This document shows positions 26,162 through 39,700 of a stretch of 64,000 nt of DNA, piece by piece. Source of the stretch: Ptychomitrium polyphyllum (lineage: Eukaryota); assembly GCA_973851085.1 (NCBI GenBank), contig OZ316776.1, forward strand, positions 7,378,001 through 7,442,000. The letters are read 5' to 3'. The notes beneath the pieces are model-generated. The model made no database searches. It was not told where the DNA came from and saw only the letters and a list, made by a program, of their open reading frames with translations. Position 1 is the stretch's first letter. Each line of letters starts with the position of its first letter. A program made the translations under genes and the position numbers.

Positions 26162-26643
26162 AACTAAAGTTTTTTCTTTTGTATATAAGACATTCATAGG
26201 TATATATGGTAAGCTTCTCTTCCATCCATCTTACATTCTTATTTACTTGCCTTTTCATCTTGAGCATTACTAAATTGGGTGTTCTGATATAATCCACTCA
26301 GTGCTGATCAATTAATAGAAATGGCAAGTAAAGTTGAATTTGAAAATTTGAGAAGGATTGCGGTTGACGTCCTTTGCACATAGCATGTAATCTGGAGAAG
26401 ATTATGTATAATAATGTATAGTTGCAACCTCAATTATTGAAGGTCATATACATTCTCCATATTTGGATCCTAATGGATTTAATACTTTTCTTTCACAATT
26501 ATTTGTTGTATTTTAAAATCTAATTGACATCTTTGTTGTGCAATTTCCTCCATTTTGCCTTGTGGTTCATTTAGTATAGGATAATAGATAATAAGATTGG
26601 TTCTATCCTGATTCTTGAAATTAAATTATATGTTTAAATCATT

Positions 26644-26992
26644 AGGCACTATTTGTCATAAAAACCCAATTTGGTAAAAACACTTAGGTAGATATAATTA
26701 ATATGATTTTTATTAAATTTTGATTGCTAAATTCATAAAAAGAAGCTTTATTAAATGGAATTATGGCTTCAAGTTTTGGACATCACCATCATTAGTCAAA
26801 TGATGATGATGTTCATAACTTGAACCTATAATCATATGAAATGGAAGCATCTTTTTATGAATTTGGCACCATAATTCTTTAAATATTCTATTAAAAAAAA
26901 TGACTTAAGATTTAGTGAATTTCTTATTGATTTGATCATGATGGATTTTATTTGTAAGAATCTAATTTTTTATGATGAAATTGTTAGTGCTT
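26644..26992. repeat. AT-rich fold-back (palindromic) element, MITE-like
   Basis: Core arms 26729-26793 and 26799-26864 are imperfect reverse complements around a loop of about 5 nt. Weaker symmetry extends outward to gcacta.../...tagtgc. Outer boundaries are approximate. Confidence 0.6.
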
Positions 26993-28452
26993 GTTATATT
27001 TTGAATTTAGGATTTTTTACATTGTGAAAGTATATTAGTTTGATGTTGATTTAACAATACCCTATATTGTTAATTGGAATATTACTAATTATGTATGATT
27101 GGTATTACTTTGTGTGCAAATAGTCTTATGATATATATAGATTATGATACTAAATCCTTTAGGTTCTAAGCAACCATTAACTACCAAGTATTTTTTTTAA
27201 ATGATAATAATATGATTAAAAGTAATACATAGTATAAATTTAGATTCTTTCTATGAATTTCTTTGATGTTTCAATTAGATTTTTAGACTTATTTTTTGGT
27301 CACAAATACATCTTTGACAAACTTACTAGAATTATCATGCTTTATGTTTACATCTTTCTTTAAAACAAATTTTTAATATTATTTTACACAATAACTAGTT
27401 AAAATAAATTAAAACATTTGTGGTTATTTTCACACTGTGAGCAATTAAAAATTTATAAGCTTATAGTTTTTCCCTGATCATGGAGTTCTAGTATCTCTAA
27501 GAATTTATTGGAGGATGACATCCTTTGGCATCAAATTAAAAGGATGGCCAAATGCCACCACCACATGATGGCAGATTTGAAATGGCTTGTAAAATAATTG
27601 ACCTTTGATCCGAACAGGTACTCTCTTACATAACCTGAACACTCTTGAAAAGGCAAAATGATCAAGGAATGCAATTCTTGCACAAACTATTTTTTGACAA
27701 CAAATACTTTGTCAAACTATTGCATTACCAGATGTTTATTGCACCAAATCAACTGTGTCATCTGTGAGAACTAACGTAGTGGGCTAACCTGAAGAAACCT
27801 TCTGAGCAAGTTCTTTAAAGTTATGCAACTGTAATTAAACTTTGTGTTTTGTAATGTGAATTAGAGATCATGCACGGCAAGTGTGTATTCTTCTGGTTCC
27901 ATTCAAGGGGCGGTAGAGCAACCCCACAGCTCATGTTGAATGAAGGAATGATGGGACACGAAGCACTATGTAGAGGAAAAGAGTTTCAAAGTAGTGACAC
28001 GCAAACCAATTCCTAGCAAGAATTTTAAATGACGTATTGAACGAAGCTATTTGTTAAGAGGAAATAGGAAGCTGCCATCCACATTTTTGAATCCCATTAT
28101 TATTCTACGAAAGGGCTAATTTCCTATTCTTGGTAAGAAGACAGTTTTGCGTAGTTGTGAGAAGTATAGCAAACTGCTAGCTTGAGCGATCGATCACTGT
28201 AGAAACCGGGATAAATTTAACATTGAAATGAGATTCCTATTATTCTGGATCTGTGAGATATAAAAGATAGTGAAACTGAGGAGCCAACTGAGAAAGGAGC
28301 GGCACAGGGGGTCACTGTACAATGAAGTCATATTTTCCCCAGACTACTATTGCAAGCCGCCGTGGCTGTGGAAGGAGGATGCAACCGGGTTTCTCATTCC
28401 CAAATTCCGAAAGCAGCCGAAATCCAAACCCCGAGTATTGCTGTGGAATGAA

Positions 28453-29660
28453 ATGGACCGGGATGAATGGCTTGCGGAGATGGCGTTGAAAGATGCCATT
28501 ATCACGTTTTTGTGGATGGTTTCCATGTCGGTGGTTGGCGTAGGGGCGAACCTGGTGGTGGAGGATCTCAAGTTGGAGGATGACTTGCCCATTGTCCTTG
28601 TGGCGGGCGCCATGGTTGCCGTCTTGCCTGCCTTCCTGAGCTTAGCGTCCTGGATGGGGGGTGCGTGCTGGAACATACTCAGCCTGGTGGCATTCGCGTA
28701 CATGGGCGAAAGTTACAACAGGCATACTGTGGTCTCAATTCTGGTCCGCCTCATGGCCCAGGCACGAATTCCTCAATACCCCTAGTTCACACTTGTCGTA
28801 ACAATTTGCAAACGTCAGAAATCCTAGTAACTCATAAGTCAAAGTCGGGATTTATAATGTTCTGTATAAATATCCAAAGGAGATGAAAACAATTCAACTC
28901 ACCAAGGCTTTGAGTGGGCAGATGGTGGCTGCCGTGTGGGCAGCTGTGCTCGTTATCAGGTTCGCACCACCTGAATACAGGCACATGGTAGGGGGACCGA
29001 CACTACAAGTGGATCCGTTCAAAGGGACTTTAGTGGAAGGAATCCTGACTTACATGCTCATGCTGGTGTCCCTGATGTCTATGCTCAGAGGACCGTGCAA
29101 TCCCAGAGCTAAACAGCTCATATCAGTTGTATCCACAGTCATGCTTGTCATCCTCGGCGGGGCATACACAGGACCGTCAATGAACCCAACAAATGTGAGC
29201 TACTCTTACAACCTGCATACCTTGAATCCTTTCTGATACTTAGAAGTTAGTCAAATGGTCTACAAATAATGAAGTTGACTCTGGTATGCTATGTTAGATG
29301 TATGCCTCCACCTACTCTGCACGTAGAACTTCAATAACCGAACTTCAATGACACGTAGAGCTCTTGCCAATGACAGGGATGTCATGCCTGTACTGGAATT
29401 CTGGCTACATTTGAAACCCTAGTACACACAGGTCTTGGTGAAGGGCCTGATAAGTTACGACGTTAATTGCATAAGCTTTCACCTCATGCTTGAAGTTGGC
29501 ATGGCAGGTATACGGTTGGGCAGTTGTAAATGAACAGAACGAATCAGGGGAGCATTACGCCGTGTATTGGCTTGGGCCCATCATAGGAACTCTAGCAGCA
29601 GTCAAGACAATGAAGTTGTTGTATGGACCAAACTGCAAGAGCGAGTGTCGTGAACATTAG
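28453..29660 (+). CDS. Divergent SIP-type aquaporin (small basic intrinsic protein), 3 exons
   Basis: Exons 28453-28761, 28922-29194 and 29508-29660. SIP hallmarks include DAIITFLW, GGACWN, RLMAQ, PPEYRHMVGGPTLQVD, LRGP, GGAYTGPSMNP, YGWA and HYAVYWLGP. Intron positions are as I recall for SIP1 genes. Confidence 0.85.
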
Positions 29661-30701
29661 AGCAACCAATTATATACAGACTTAAAAGAATCTTGAACCC
29701 AACACCTAGGGCAATGTTTAGAAGGAAGCCATCATCCAACTGCAAGGGCCGGTTTCCTCATGTTAACAGATAACCTTCTTCCTCAAACTGTTTTGTAACA
29801 TACAACCACTAGAATTACATCGAGGTTTGGTATGAAAACCAGTAATGATATCCTCACATCTACTAGATCTTCATCTATCCAACAAACCATATGTCTACCG
29901 TGCCAAAAGATTGGTATGATCAGAAAAGGAGTGTGCACCAGGTTGGTAGAAGTAATTGATTTCCTATACAACCTCCCAAGCGTGCTATTTGAAACTTAGC
30001 TATAGAATTGTCCCCAAATTTTCGCAGCTCAGAACAATAGAATTGGTCTTACATAGTGTTAGTCAGAGCACATTACCTTTGCACGAGGTGAAACCTCTAC
30101 TCACTCTCAAGAGACCCACTTACAATTCTGGTACTTCAGGAGTAATGCACTTTCGAGGCGCAATCATTTCTTTCAGTGTCAGCATCAGCAAACCAACGAT
30201 AGGCAATTACTCCATATTACAGGACCAACTCTGAAACAAAGACAACTTGTTCCTTGGTGAATAACAAAATAATAAGATGAAACTAGCAGAAGTTTGAATT
30301 ACCATTATTTGATATAAACAATACTGTGATGCATGAAATACCCATAATCTACATAAACACCATTTGAACGATGTTTTCTTATCTAAGTAAAAATTCATCA
30401 ACCATCCTGACACTTCTGACGATCGTCCTAAAGTTGCTCATACCCCTGATGTGGCTAATTAAATCTAAACTCGGCTTCCAATTCTCTCAGACAAATCGGT
30501 AATAGTTGATCAACGAGGGAATGATGTACGGATATAAGATCTGAGAACTAGTGCACAACGCACTGCTCAAGAATGCGTTGCGTAAGCTGAGCAAGATTAT
30601 ACATGGAAAACCTCTGTAAGCTAAATAAATCCTCTTTTAGATAGCGACATAGATTGGGTGAATCCATGCGATGGAAATTCAAGAGAAAGAAAATAGATCT
30701 A

Positions 30702-33700
30702 TTAAAGCAGGCCTGCTAAAGCAGCAGCAGGCCCTGTCAGTCCCAATGCAGAAGGTAGTGCTGTTGCAACTTGTGTCGGTTGTAATGCAAACGGGATGTC
30801 CATTACTTGCTCTTTGATAAGTTCCTTCAGCCTGCAGAATAGTCACCAGGTCACACTCAAATCAAGACCTGCATAAATTCCATCGCAAGTACGAGTGCAA
30901 AAATTACAGAAGCAGCACAAATCAACAGATTACATCTGGAAATCGTTTAAATGCGAAGTAAACTGGGCTCAAATAAACTTAAGACTCACTGGCATTTTGT
31001 TAACAGCAGATAAAGACGACTCATATAGTAGATGCAGTACAAATGAGGAAGTCAAGTCAGATGTATTACTCATATGTTGTGTTGGGCTCTTCCGAAGCAA
31101 CTGTTAACCTCATTTGAGTCCTATCCGACGGATCTATCTCAACGCGCACCTGTAGAACATAAACCTCGTACCATCAAACTCAGTAACTAATTTTTGCGCG
31201 TGTATATTACCCTCTTAAAAGTCTCCACGGACCTAAACAATATTTATATGTTTCTCCAGCGCAGATGCGAAGCATAAAAACATGTACAACAAACAGTCTT
31301 TGAATCTGAGAACATAGAGGCATCTAGACTTAACAATGCCTCAATCGTTGGATGTAAAATGACTGCTCTTTATGTGCCAATACTAGTAGTAGCGGTAGCA
31401 ATTAGTCAACGATTGGCTGCAGGAGTAAAATCCCTTCATGTTTTAACTCATTAACTGAAATGCCCTATAATGGCGTGTAAGGAAACTTGCAATAACAGGT
31501 CTACAATACATCCCTAAGATGTTCTGAGCCTGCAGAAAAAAGAGGCCTTGCAATTATAGTTCAGTAAATATAAGTACCAAGCACAATGTGACTGCAGTTC
31601 CAGAATAAAATGTTGTTGCAGCAACAATATTGTTAACATTCGGATCCTGCAGAATTCAAGATACAAAACCTCCTGCAAAATTAGGATGCCTACATCCAAT
31701 GCCAGAGGAGATCAGACTCTGAGAGACAGATCCAACTAACTACCTGAAAAATTACAATCGTATAATAGTAAGAACGTGCACAGCGAATCAGAGAAGCCAA
31801 TAGTTTACACTTACAAGGCCAGGAGCAACACCAATATGAAGACGAATGAACAGGTCTGACATTTCCGCAAGAGGCATAGGTCTTACACCACGGACCTGTG
31901 AAAATCAAACCAAGTAATAAACAATCCAGCGGGCAGTCATGTCTCGCTCTACAAAACTGAGAAACACAGTGATTAATCACGCTAATTACGCTTGAACATC
32001 AGACTACTTTCACTGCACATTAAAACAGGCTGTTATCTTTACCACACTACTTGCAGATAAACAACAAAAATATGAAAAAGATGCATTCATGTACCAAGTA
32101 ATGAAAATGACACGAAATTGGAAATAACTACCACTTCTTGAAGCTTAGTTGGTGGGCCCCCAAGTGCCCTCCATCGGGCGACAAACTCGTTAGCCGATAC
32201 AGGAGCAACTTGCAAAAATTTGTTTAACAATGTTGGCAATTTAACTGTTACATTTACCTGCAAACTATTAACACATCAGCATCACTTTCACCTTAACTCG
32301 AGAAAAAAACATGATAATAACAGAAGATATGAGGCGATCCTCCCACTTCAATATAATCAGTTCATCACACTGAGATGAAACTGCGGTAACACCACAAACA
32401 ATGCCCACTAAGAAAGCCGCTTACAAAAACTTGATCATTTAAACAATTTTGCTAAAATAGCTTCCAAGCATCCTCAAAGTTGAAGGTTGCGTACATACAG
32501 GTGTATGACCAACATTATAGCTGAATTCAAGAACCGCAGTTTCTCTGCTTGCACGAATGCATGCCACTTCAACTGGAACTTGCACCTGCCAAATCATGTC
32601 CCAACTGATAAGAATGTATGAAACAAAACCTTGAGCGAGACAAAAGCACGAAAGTAGAGATCTCTAATGCAAGCTCCCATCAACAGTTAGGCAATTACTT
32701 CCATCTTTCCACGTCCTGCAAAATATGAATGCTTCACCATCCGTAACGAAGCAAAAAATAATGTTTAAAAAAATATGATAAATAATGCATAAATCCAATG
32801 ACAGTTCACCTTGGAGAGTACATGTTATTCAGACTTTATCAAAAAATCCTGAATTATTAAAAACGGATGAGGTACACATACCTGAGCTCTTGGAGGAATG
32901 GTATCAGGAACAATTGCTGATTGCATTCTTAGATGAGGTGGTGGCAAGATTGAACTTCTAACATTTGTCAATGGTCCAGTGTGTTTGTTTCCAACAAAAA
33001 GGACCATTCTTCCGTGAGCATTACGCCACTCTGCCTTTAAACCTATCTGCATGCATTTTAAATAGTGAGATACTGTATCCATTTGTCAAGAATTAATTCT
33101 CGCCGGCAATTGTCATCCATGCAAGCAAGGTGAGAAGCTGAAAATTGGAGATGTTTCAATAAAATTGATTACGAACGTGGAAAGCAGATAGACAAGCATG
33201 AAGCAAAGGTTACAAGTTGCTGATGCAGCGTCGTTATGCATGATTTGAAAATAGATTTCAAAAGTATCATAATCCTTCAATATGCATCACCTCCAGTAAA
33301 TTGTTAACATAAATGAGACAATGATCATACACACGAATTATATGTACTCTACTTGAAATGTAGAATTCCGGGAGAAGCATACCTGTACATAAGGATCTTC
33401 ATACAATACACCACTGTCCTTCATGGACAGTTCTTTGAACCATTCTGCGACATTCCTAAGAGGCTGTATAGGACAGACAGATTGCACAGCTTAATACTCG
33501 CTTCTACTCGTTGCATTACCAAGGTCTATCAAATCCAGAGAGTAATCGGAAACCAATGGTTGTGATGCACATAACAAACCTCTGGTATAGTTCCTTAACA
33601 TCAAACCCGAGAAGAAAGAAAGACCAAACCACGAAAACTTGGCAAGCAAAAACATAAAACAGAGAACAAGGTTAATTACAGAACTTCTTACAAGGCTGCT

Positions 33701-36700
33701 ATAACATACCTCGACCTGAGTGGGAGCTCCATCAAGTAGAGCCAATGCAAGCGAATCTCCACGGACAGCTGTTGCAGCAGGCAGTGCTGGAGGAGGTGCT
33801 TCAAGTGCCAGTAAATCACTCCGGCTTGTAGAAGCTACAGAAGGAGGTGCCTCAACGGCTAGTGTGCCCATAAGATCACCTAGTAAGTCACCAGTAGCTG
33901 CGTCAGGAGCTTGTCGTAGAGTTGTTCCGTTAGAATACACTTGCGGTTGTGAAGTTGGTACTGCTCCTGACACTTGAGGAGGCTCTAGTTCGGCTGCTTG
34001 GTCCTGCATGAAAGAACATTCATAAACAACTAGCTAAAGCAATTTCTTTATTGCTATGTGGTACAAAACATGACATAATCAAGTGCTTCTACTTGAGATC
34101 CTTCATGTGTAAATGCACTTCACAATAGCTGAAGCCTCTAGTTATTTCTTCTAACAAAGAAATTTTTATGCTGTCATCTTACTCCATTCCCTGCTAAATA
34201 TTAATCGTGAGGTTGCAGTTTCAGATGTTGGGGCAACATCACCAACCATTCTGCCTTTTGAATTGACAGAGAATAACACATTTTCACGGCTTTGCATCTT
34301 CTAACGTAAGTTGTGTCACTGAGGGACTAAGAGAATGATAAAAATCCTAGAACTGCATGAACACTGCTATTCATGACGTTCGTGCAGGAGACACCTTCCA
34401 TGAGCTTAGGCAATTTAATCTGCTGCGATATTCAATCTCTGACTAAACAACCACACTGTACTTAATAAGGCAAATGCAAGTTGACAAGTTGTCAAAGACA
34501 CAAAATTTAGACAGTCTGATCTAGTCCAGGAGAATGTTAGCTACATACTGGATGTCGGCCTGAAGCAGCTGCCTTCGATACAGAAAGTGGATAAAGACCA
34601 CCAGTGTTAGGCTCCGGATCTCTCACTACCAAGGCCGTTGAGTTTTGCTGCTGCTGCTGCAACCGCATCTTGGTTGCACTAATTTCAGCTGCATCTCCAT
34701 CTGTATCCTCTGCTTTCTTTAATAAAGCTGACTGCAGTACACACAACGTACATCCAAGAATGATAAATAAACTACAAGTAAATTAATACCTGCAGAAATG
34801 CATGCCAATTTCTCAGTGTGAATGATAAGATTTATTTGTAGCAGAAATTGGCCGTGAAAACATTCCACGAAAAATGAAAACAGCCAATGCAATTAACATC
34901 TCAAATTTAGCAAAGAAGGATGCCATGCAACACTGGGACTCACCTATCACCCTTAAACTAGTTCATACCTGGCGTTCGGGAAATTTAGGCATTTCAGCCA
35001 TGATGTCCACCATGGCCAAACCCTTACGACTCAGTGCAAGAAACTCCACAGCTCTTTGCTGCACTTCAGCATCCACGGAGCTCTCACACCTGTTACATCC
35101 CTCCAAAATCATTTGACAAAACAACTGGATATCTGAGAAGGACTCTCACTTTTGCAATATTTTACAAACACGATACAAGAAGCACTTCCTTAAAATCAAT
35201 TTGTTGCATCTTTACTTTCAAGCAATAGAATAGTGCCTAAAATTGTAAATAGTTTAGCTAATGTCATGGTTTAAACCCAGATTGAATTCTCAAACAATTA
35301 ATAGTGTGGTCAAAAAACAAATTATAAATTTATCAAGCTCTTCTATTTATCTACTACAATAAGGAAGAAAGGTCCCATAAATGAACAATCAAGAGTAGAT
35401 AATATCTTGATGACATTACACTCTACTTTGAAAACAAAATCAAGTTACCTTTTAAACAAAGCAACAACCTGCTCAGCAAGGTCCGGGTTAGGAGGTTGAC
35501 AGTGCATCATGATCTTCACACACGCTGAAAGAAGTAAAGCCTTTGTAGGAGTTCTGCGGTCCAGACACGTATAGACTGTGAATACATAAAGCTGCATAAG
35601 CATTACAAAGGGAGGACTGCAAAATCAACAAGCACCTCACTAGTTTGTCAACAAGGAGAATAGTTCTATTCATTTCCTATTCAGATTCAGAACTTAAGAG
35701 ACTAATAAATAACTTGTAAGAAAGATCACTGCTAGAAATGCTCACGTGACTCCTGGAAATTTGTCATTTATAATGTGGAAAATTTCCTTGGGGCTGCAAC
35801 CTGGTTGTCGGGCTAGAAGATGGCTATATTCTCCTAATAAATATCCTGCAACCTGCTTGCATAGAGGAATCGTTGGTGGAATCGAGCTACCAGGTATATG
35901 AATCCAGACACTCATACAAATCTGAAGAATAGCCAAACTTCTGACACTGATACAGGTGATATTACCACACTAGCCGGATATCAACAGAACAAAAATAATA
36001 TCAAATGTTTCGACTTAAGTTGGTAAAAACGCAACAATCCATATCTAAAACATCTCTTTCTAAATTCATCTCACATTGATGAACTTGAACTTAGAATAAA
36101 AATAATCACCTTCACCATAGTTTCATGCACAGCAGGCTTATCCAAGTAGCCACGTGCCTTTTCAGCAGCATATGCCTATTTAGCACAACAAGAGTTCAAC
36201 AAACATCAATGTACAAATGCTTGAAGAAACGCAAAAATTGAGTTAAATTCTTCAGCCAGGACAAGTTATCTCTAGATTACAGTAGCTCTCAAATCTACTG
36301 AAGTGCATGACACAGTTGTCCAAAGCTTATAAGTTGAATGGACTACGCGATAATACAGCACCCAGACTCCAAGTACCTGCAGGTCATCGTTGTTCGTCAC
36401 AAACTGGACCACTCGGTACCAAACATCATCACTCACAAAATCCCCAGCCTTTTCAATAAGCTGTAGTATAACATCCACATACCTGCCACACCAATCACAA
36501 CGTGAAGCACCTCATTTTAATAATACATGCTACAAAACTGCAAAATGGGTCACTTAACAATAAGAATTGAAAGACTACCAATTAGATGATGCAACAATAT
36601 AGATCTCGCTAACTGAAAATTTTAAATACACAAACACATGCCCAGTACACAACCACGAAGAGCATTAAACGAAGTTTTCCTGATCAAGCCAGAGTAGTAC

Positions 36701-39700
36701 CAAGACAAATCAGGAGCAAACTTCTCTGACAAAATGGCAGCTTTCAATGCGAGCTCTTCCCGAATTCCAAAATCAGCGGTTGTCAAATACTGTCATGAGT
36801 ACAAGAGATTATGTGAACAAAAGAGCATAAAAAGATCCAGACAAGCAACATATTCAAAGCTATATAAAGGGGCTTCAGACCTTTTTTATACAAACATTCA
36901 GGGTGTCATCAGATAATGAAAGTTGAGACCTGTAAAAGCTCTTCCACAATTGCCTTGGCATTACTGACATCACACATGCCATATAGCAAGTCCAACGAGC
37001 GTCTCCGAATGCTGCACAGTTTACCCTAACTATCAGAATCTACTGCAAAAATAAATTACACAATTTACAACACCATTTACTCTTCAGACGTTTACCAAGC
37101 ATAAAAGCCCAACAAACATTGAATTCTCAACCAAATCAAGTGCATCAGAATGCAAGGTGGTGGGAGACAACCCTCTAATACCACCTTGCCTTAAGATATA
37201 CGAATAGTCTACATGTAAAAAGGAAAGGAACTTCATTATTTGTTGAATGATTCTGTTCCCTGAAAATGCCCAGGGGTAGGAAGGTAGAGCAGTTTTTAGG
37301 TCATAGTTCTCTGTCATCACAACATAATCCTTCTCTGATGGCGGAATAATCAAGAGAAAAAATTGTAATTCTTTGAGTCACGTTATTGGTTAGTTTAGAA
37401 CCTTTAAAAATAGATCAGAAAAAGTTTACAATCTGTGCATTTTCCTATGACCACCCTGTCGACATGGAAGTTAGACCAGAGTGAAACGACCAGTAACAAC
37501 TTCATCACCTGATATCTGGATCTTTCAACGATATGATGATTTGCGATTGATGCTTCTTGATGCTGTCCGCCACATCTGCTACTAGTAACATTCTTGTCAT
37601 ATTTTCCTGCATGCACAGACGACACCAAAAGCTGAGCCACTGAAATATGTAATTCAACCATAAAACCACAACTTGCAATAATTTCCAAAGGTCTAATGTA
37701 TGTTCCTTACAATACATTATCAAAATTAGCGGTTGAAAAATTTATGATTGACCAATCATACGAATTGTCAAGTATAGATTCTATCCCGTACCAAACCCAA
37801 GTAACGAATGTTGGGCTCTCGGACAGAGATGAATTTGCCTAGTAACACGACGCACTGAGACATCATCTCGTTTTCGGCATCCAAGTGCATAACCTGAAAA
37901 ACAATATCGTCAATTAAAAAAATCATAATAAAATCTCAGATCTATATAGAAGGCGGCTGCTGTATCACACTTAAAAAGGTAACAGGATACTCAATTACAC
38001 ACACAAACACACACACAAAATCCACTTTTGAATGGAATCATCCTCAAGCCATGCTACATTAGACAGGATGAAATTACGTACCAAGGCAAGTGCCTCAAAG
38101 AGAACAGCATGGGATGCATTATTTTTGTTGACATTTTTTACAACATCAGTGTGCAATAAGATTCTTTGTAAAACCTGCACATCACAATTTTTTAAAACAA
38201 AACTAATTAATATGCCAATCATGGTTGAAGCGAACCACTGGAGAGCTCAAAAGTATATGTAGGACTATAAACAGGTGTTTCTCATATACCAGTTATGTAG
38301 CTCAACCATATAATGTCCTTAAGCTGAATGAGACTCACATATTACAGTCTGTCATCTGAGTAGCAAAATTCCTCTCTTTCACAAGATATAGCTGTTGCCT
38401 ACAATACCATAGAAGTCCTTATATAAAGCATAAGAACTTGGTGACAACATTACACACTTGGTGTACATTTCCTTCAGAATGTAAATACTTGGAAATTGAA
38501 AACTTACTACTCAAAAAGACTGTCAACATGGGACAATCGTGAGAACTCTTTCTCAAGAGTCAAAAAGGATTCAGATTAGACAGTAGATGACAAGATCACT
38601 GCTTAAAGATATGATACAGGAAGATACTCAAAACGCAGCTAAGTCAACTTGACCGACCAAACCTGCTCCCACAAATAACATATCAGAAGGAGTTTGAGAA
38701 ACCGAACAGTCGAAGAGACTCCATATAAGTTACTTACATCAAGCAAAGACTTCCTTATGCTAGGATCATCGATTGTCGGAAAGTACTGCAGTACCCGCAT
38801 TGTTTTAACCTGTTCCATCCGACACCCAAAGGACACCCAAGGCTCCCTAAGCTCCAATGCTAATGCATTTCATAAATGTTCCAAGCACTTACATATAATC
38901 ATCCCCAGTATCAACTAAGGTTCACCCGAAATAAATTTGAAAATATACCTGAAGCCACGGAGAAGGAATGCCATAATACGTATATTCTTGCGGGATATCA
39001 TGACCCCGGGTTAATCTTTCCAGGGTACGTACGCACTTAGAAACGCAATTCCAATACGCCTCAGGATTGTTTGCCACTAATGCCACTAACAAACTCATGA
39101 CAGCTGTCAGAACCCCAAGATCCCGCTCATCCAGTAACTGCACCATGCGTTCTGACCTGGTTGAAATCAAATAAGTGACGTCAACACGCCAGGACAATGA
39201 CAATTGTTATTCATAAACAAAAAAAAGTTGAAGAGTGTTAGAAACTAATATGGGCAAAAGCGGCATCAAATAGTCCTAAGGGCTAACTCTCAAAAGAGAA
39301 ACCGATTCTAAAAGTGAAATGGTTTCCTACAGCACATTGAATGTCCAAATCTACAACACTAAAAAGTCAGCAGCTGGTTGAGAGCACTTGAATTCTTATT
39401 CACCAGCCATCGATATTGACTACATCGGGATTCTTGCGATATAGACGAAGCAAACACAGAGCTGCTTTCTTGCGCACAAGGGGCCTGCACGAGTTTGAAA
39501 TCTGCAACATCACAACTCCTAACACAAAGTAAAACACTACTTGTTCTTCTGCCGGAAAGAACTCTAATCGTGCCTTCATTGATTCTCAATTCTTGGGAAT
39601 TTATACAAACTTGACAAGTCTCAGGACTTTTCTGAAGCAAAGACCAGCCATAAAATTAAAAAACACGAAACCGAATACTTAACTTCACGTGCTTGCTTAG

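Noticed and set aside
28270..28452. In-frame N-terminal extension of the SIP ORF
   Set aside because: It starts at GTG rather than ATG and has no SIP similarity; not supportable without transcript data.
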